The position numbers were made by a program, and so were the translations under genes. Shown here piece by piece: positions 59,074 through 64,000 of a stretch of 64,000 bases of DNA (position 1 is its first letter; the number at the start of each line of letters is the position of its first letter). The DNA comes from Scyliorhinus canicula (Eukaryota), in assembly GCF_902713615.1 (NCBI RefSeq), contig NC_052171.1:1860001-1924000 (forward strand), written 5' to 3'. Under the pieces are notes generated by a model. The model was not told the DNA's origin. It saw only the letters and a program-made list of their open reading frames with translations, and did no database searches.

Positions 59074-62000
59074 TCTGGGCGAGTAGCTCTCTTGTCAGCC
59101 TGAAACAACTCAACACATTGCTCATCACAAGCAGGTAACCCCAACCTCGGCCCCTAATCAATACCTTTAATTAGCGCACACCCCTGATGGGTCTTCTGAC
59201 AATTCAAGTAATCTTTCCAAGCAGAGACCCGTCAGCTCCTACACCTGGTGGAAATCTGTGTACAGATTCAGGTTGTGTGGGATACAGGTCTACCTTTTTA
59301 GTCAGAACCCATCATTCCAATCCGGGTATTCAAATAATTATCAAAATATTTTGTGTTTTATTTGCATTGGCACAGCCAAAATGGGGAGAGTTTGCCCCTT
59401 CCTGTGGATTGATTACTCTTGTGCTGTTTTGCACAAACGGAATCAATGTTGTAGGTAGCGAAGTACAGTAGGAGGAGCCTGGACTTCAAGCCTAAAGACA
59501 TCGGCAAGAGCAAAACCAACTGAGCCAAGCTGACATAGTGACGATACTGAAATAATCTGATGTGATCTTTGCTCTCCATGTCCAAAGACTTAATAAGTGA
59601 GGAGCTGAATGTTCAATTCAGCCCCTGCTTCATGAATGTGAAGCCAGGTGAGTGACAATCCATGTCAGCTGTGGACTCAGGGAAGCTGCTTAAATGGTCT
59701 CAGACATGTCCAGTTTGAGACCTTGTTAATTTGCAAGCCTTTAGTGGGAACTCGGCTCACCTCACCGCCATTGGGATTTCAGGATGTTTTCCTGAAATAA
59801 ATTCCATTCCTTTAATATGATTTGGGATGGCCAAGGTTTCAGGGAAGCAGATCCACCTGGTGCCCTGTGTGACCCCTTGCCACCTCTCACACATATTGTA
59901 GAACTGATAAATTAGACGGATTAATATTGAGGTAAATTTGTCAAAAAACAAACAAAAGGGAGACAAACAAAATCAAAATGAGGATCAGAATATTGGAGAA
60001 CACAAATATAGACATGAAAAAATTAACAAACCGACTTCATAGCATACCTGTTTGCAAAATTGAAAGCTAAAGAAGAAGTATAGAATTGTGGAATCTTAGA
60101 GCACAGAATGAGGTCCATCATGCCTGTGACCGCTCTTTGAAAGAGCTGGCCAATTCATCCCGCTTCTCTACTCCTCCAAAATGCTGCAATTTTTACCTTT
60201 ACCAGTATTTATCCAATTCACTTTTGAAAATGACTACTGAATCTGTTTCCACCACTCTTTCAGACAGTGCATTCCAGATGATACCAACTCGCTGTGTAAA
60301 AGCATCTTCCCCCTGGTTGTTTGGCAATTTTCTTAAATCTGTGTCCTCATAGAAGAATGGTAGAATCCCTAAAGTGCAGAAGAATACCATTGGGCCCATC
60401 GAGTCTGTGCCGACCCTCTGAAAGAGCACCCCATTGAGGCCCGCTCCCCCACCCTATTCCCATAACATCACCTTTGGACCCTGGGGGTAAATTTAGCATG
60501 GCCAATCCACCTAACCATGCTCATTGGACTATGGGAGGAATCCGGAGCACCTGGAAGAAACTCACGCAGGCTCCACACAGACAGTCGTCCAAGGCCAGAA
60601 TTGAAATCGGGTCCCTGGTGCTGTGAGGCAGCAGTGCTAAGCACTGTGCCACTGTGCTGCCCTGTCCTCTGGTTACTGACATCTCTAGTTGTGGAAACAG
60701 TTTCTCTCTACTCTCTTTGGGTAATTTTTAACATAATCATTAAAACCCCTGAACCTCATGAATAGAGTGCGCAGGATAAGTCTAAAACTGACCATTGCCA
60801 TGCCTAGATGTGAACATTTTTCTTTTATCTTTCTTAAGATTGGCAGCAAAGCTGTACTTGCACCATTTAACAATTATGGCTTACCTCCTCCACAACGTAC
60901 TCTGCTGCGACCCTGCAGTTACAGCTTGTTGTCCACTCCACTATACTGTGTACAGTTTCAGCTGCAGGTGAAAGAGAAATGTTTTATGAGCAGAATGTGA
61001 CAAAGGATTTGAAACAAAACATAGCCTACAAAGCTGCTGCTTCCTTTCGTCAGATGGGGAGGAAATGAATCAGGTACCAGGCTTCATTTGAACAGAACAT
61101 TTAACATTGCTGTGATTTTGTTTGCTCAAGATAATCCTTGTTCAAATCTTTGCAACTTGTCTCCTTATTCAGGCTCTTTGAGGGATGAAGCATCCAGAGC
61201 AGACGGCTGTTGAAAACTTAAAGTACTCTTTATTAATTCACACAGTTTTCCAAGGAATGTATGTTTTATGGAAAATAACAATTGAATAAGACAGAAGAAA
61301 GAAAGAGTGAATGATACACAACTGACACACTGCATGTATAGTGGTAAGGATGTTAAGGACACAACATTTTGGTTCACAATAAGAGGTCTGACTGGGTCCA
61401 TCAGGGTGCAGCCAAACATACTCTAGACCACATTTAAAAACAGGCAAACTTGTAATCTTCGACAGCTGGCAAAATGATGCAAACCTGATCCAGTTTGCCT
61501 TGATTACTGTTAGTGATGATCTATCAATTATTAACTGTGGGTTTGCCCAGTGCCTAATAATCTTTATCTTGGCCAGCATTAATAGCAGAATCAACATCAC
61601 ATTGTCTTTGAATAATTTCCTGTCACTAAATATTCCCACTGCAGGTAATTTGAGATGAAGCATCTGATGTAACATACATTTTCACTATTTGCATCTCTTG
61701 TCTTGATTGTCTGAAGTCATTCACACTCATTCCAACCATACTGCTCTTTCTCATATCTTTCCAATCTGGTTATCTTTGAGCTGAGAGTCCTTCAGCTTTG
61801 GGGCTGATATTATACTTCCCCTCCCTTCCCTTCTTTCCACTTTCCCTCAGTTGAATGGAACAGCAGCTTGAAGCCTTTTGACTGATGAGAAAGAGCTGAA
61901 GAGATCTCCAGCCACGTGTCAGATAACCCAACAAGAATCCCTTCATGTGATTCACAGTCGAACTATATATATTCTTCCCGTTTTATGAAGGGAAAAGGTG

Positions 62001-63371
62001 TGCACGGTGAATTCCCGTGCAGCTTTTTGTCTTCTAGCTCTTCCTCTCTGTCTTTCTCTCCCGCTCCCTCTTGTTTCTTGCCTCGTTTGTTCTTATCTTC
62101 TTCTCTAGAATTCTCAAATGTGTGTATCTGACTCGTAGGACCTCTTTAATCCTGTCTCTTATTCAGTTCACCTCTCCATCTCCTCAATCGTTTTCAGCCT
62201 CATGGTGATCATGTTTTGCTTGACCAACCAGAAATGTTTTATGTGGCTTTTGTTAACCAGACATATTGTTTTTACCTTTGTTTTACTTTTTTCTTTCACC
62301 AACGTATCTCAAGGTTTTTACATTCCAGTTGTGCCAGTGTGCCACCCCGCCCAGAGGACATGCACCTGGGGGCCTCTAATCCCCTGGGAGATCCTCACGA
62401 GTGCTGTTCCATCTGGTCCCCATTTGTGGAAACCAGTACTGAAAGGCGCTCGCCTGAGGACTCCAAGGTGGAGGGGATAGATCCCAACGCCTTGGTTATC
62501 TCAGGGAACTGCATATTAGAATGAGACTAGCTGTCTCGCTCTCATGTGCAGATTTACCAAAAAGTGATCCAGCCCACAATGTGCAGGTTTCACATCGCGA
62601 TGTCTCGCGAGATCACGTTAGATCTGACGAGGCGTGGCAAGCCGGGTAGATCCCGGGAGCAAAGTCTCCCAGCAGTTACTGGTCACATTGCACTGCGGTT
62701 CACTGCTTTTCAGGTGCAGCATGCTGTAGATTGCGTCCAAAGTGTTCCTCACTCTCTTATTGACAAGACGACAGTTAGAGTTTTAGTTCAAGAACTTTAT
62801 GCCAGTTATAGCAGGAGCGCTAAGCATCTACTAGGTGGCTTGCCAGCTCCCTGCTTATAGAAAATATAGAGCAATTATACTTTAGTGTATTTCCCAAGTA
62901 ATCAATTCACACCAATGAAAAGAATACATTTGTTTAAAAGTTATCTGTGTTCATCCACAACTAACAATTAGGATTACCTAATGTATTACATATAAATACA
63001 ATTACCAATCATAAACAAGGCACGTATGCATTATAATACCGGCAAGCATATATTTGTATTTACTTCTCTACTAACTGCTAGACATGAGTAAGGTAAAGCT
63101 ATGCCTGAACTGTGGTACTCATACTCCCATCCCATTGTCCAGTGATTCGGAAGACACACATGGGCAGCAGCTGCAGAATGATCAATTGAATTTGTGTGTG
63201 AAAGCTGTGTGTCTACATCCTTGCTATAATTGATATACCAAGGGTCCTTGGATTTGTATCTGTAGACTCTGAAACAACTGGGTTCTCATCACTCTGTCTG
63301 TGAGAATTCACCAGATAGCAAGCAGCAACCAGTGTGAGCCTGTTAGGTTTTATTTAAACATGTATGAATTG

Positions 63372-64000
63372 AAAAATATACATTTTTATTAAATTTGACA
63401 TCTGTACAGTATACAATAGGTGAGCAAGATGGTCCGTATGTACAATTTACACATTCCCCTTTCCTCCTTTCATTGGCCTTCCCCCGCCCATCTTGCTCCC
63501 CCTCCCTTCCTTTTTGTTTGTTGTTCGGGCTCCATTTTGGGCCTTTTCTTCTGTCGTAGATGTTGTAGGCTTTCTTTCCATTTGTATTTGTTGCTGCTGT
63601 CCCTGTGGCTTTGTTGGGGAGGGCCCTCTGGCCCCCTCCTTGGTCTTTTCTGATGTCCCCTCCTGATATTTCCTTCCTTGCTGCCTTCCCCCTTTGTGCC
63701 TATCTGTGTGGTCCTGTCTGCCCTCATCACCCCCCCCCCCCCCCCCCCCCCAACCCCTCTCCCTTCCTATCCACTAATGGCCTGGAACAGGTCTTGGAAT
63801 AGGTTGATGAATATCTCCCACGCTTTGTGGAAGTCCTCATCTGAATGATGTATTTGCTCTTCTCCAGGTGGAGAAATTCCAACAGGTCAGCCAACCAGTC
63901 TGCAGCCATGGGTGGTGCTGCTGATCGGTGGCCAAGGAGGATTCACCAGCAAGCGATTAGGGAAGCAAACGCAAGGGCATTGGCCCTCTTCCCCATATGT
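63372..64000 (-). mobile_element. L1-clade LINE 3' end (continues beyond window)
   Basis: WLADLLEFLHLEK.KY is similar to the ORF2 C-termini at 2.9-3.3 kb and 14.1 kb; AATAAA tail. Confidence 0.75.

Overview
This is eukaryotic vertebrate genomic DNA. The repeat content (HE1/V-SINE-type and Deu-domain SINEs, CR1/HER1-like LINEs, GC-rich L1s, Harbinger elements) points to a cartilaginous fish, probably a catshark; that assignment is inferred. Two spliced genes lie on the minus strand. TTI2 has a putative non-coding first exon and CpG-rich promoter near 6.0 kb and four coding exons at 4862-258, and it runs off the window. A vesicular amine transporter of the SLC18A1/VMAT1 type has 14 in-phase coding exons at 59073-34221 (484 codons), several substitutions at normally invariant transport residues and apparently a truncated C-tail. 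The remainder is mostly transposon-derived, and most ORFs in the supplied track are spurious. The most notable observations are: two TSD-flanked, A-tailed copies of a U2 snRNA-derived SINE-like family; the divergent VMAT1-like transporter; a U6 chimeric retrocopy; an intact Penelope-type minimal hammerhead ribozyme core in an SLC18 intron; a ~1.1 kb patchwork non-autonomous L1; and two minisatellites whose origin inside transposons is directly visible.
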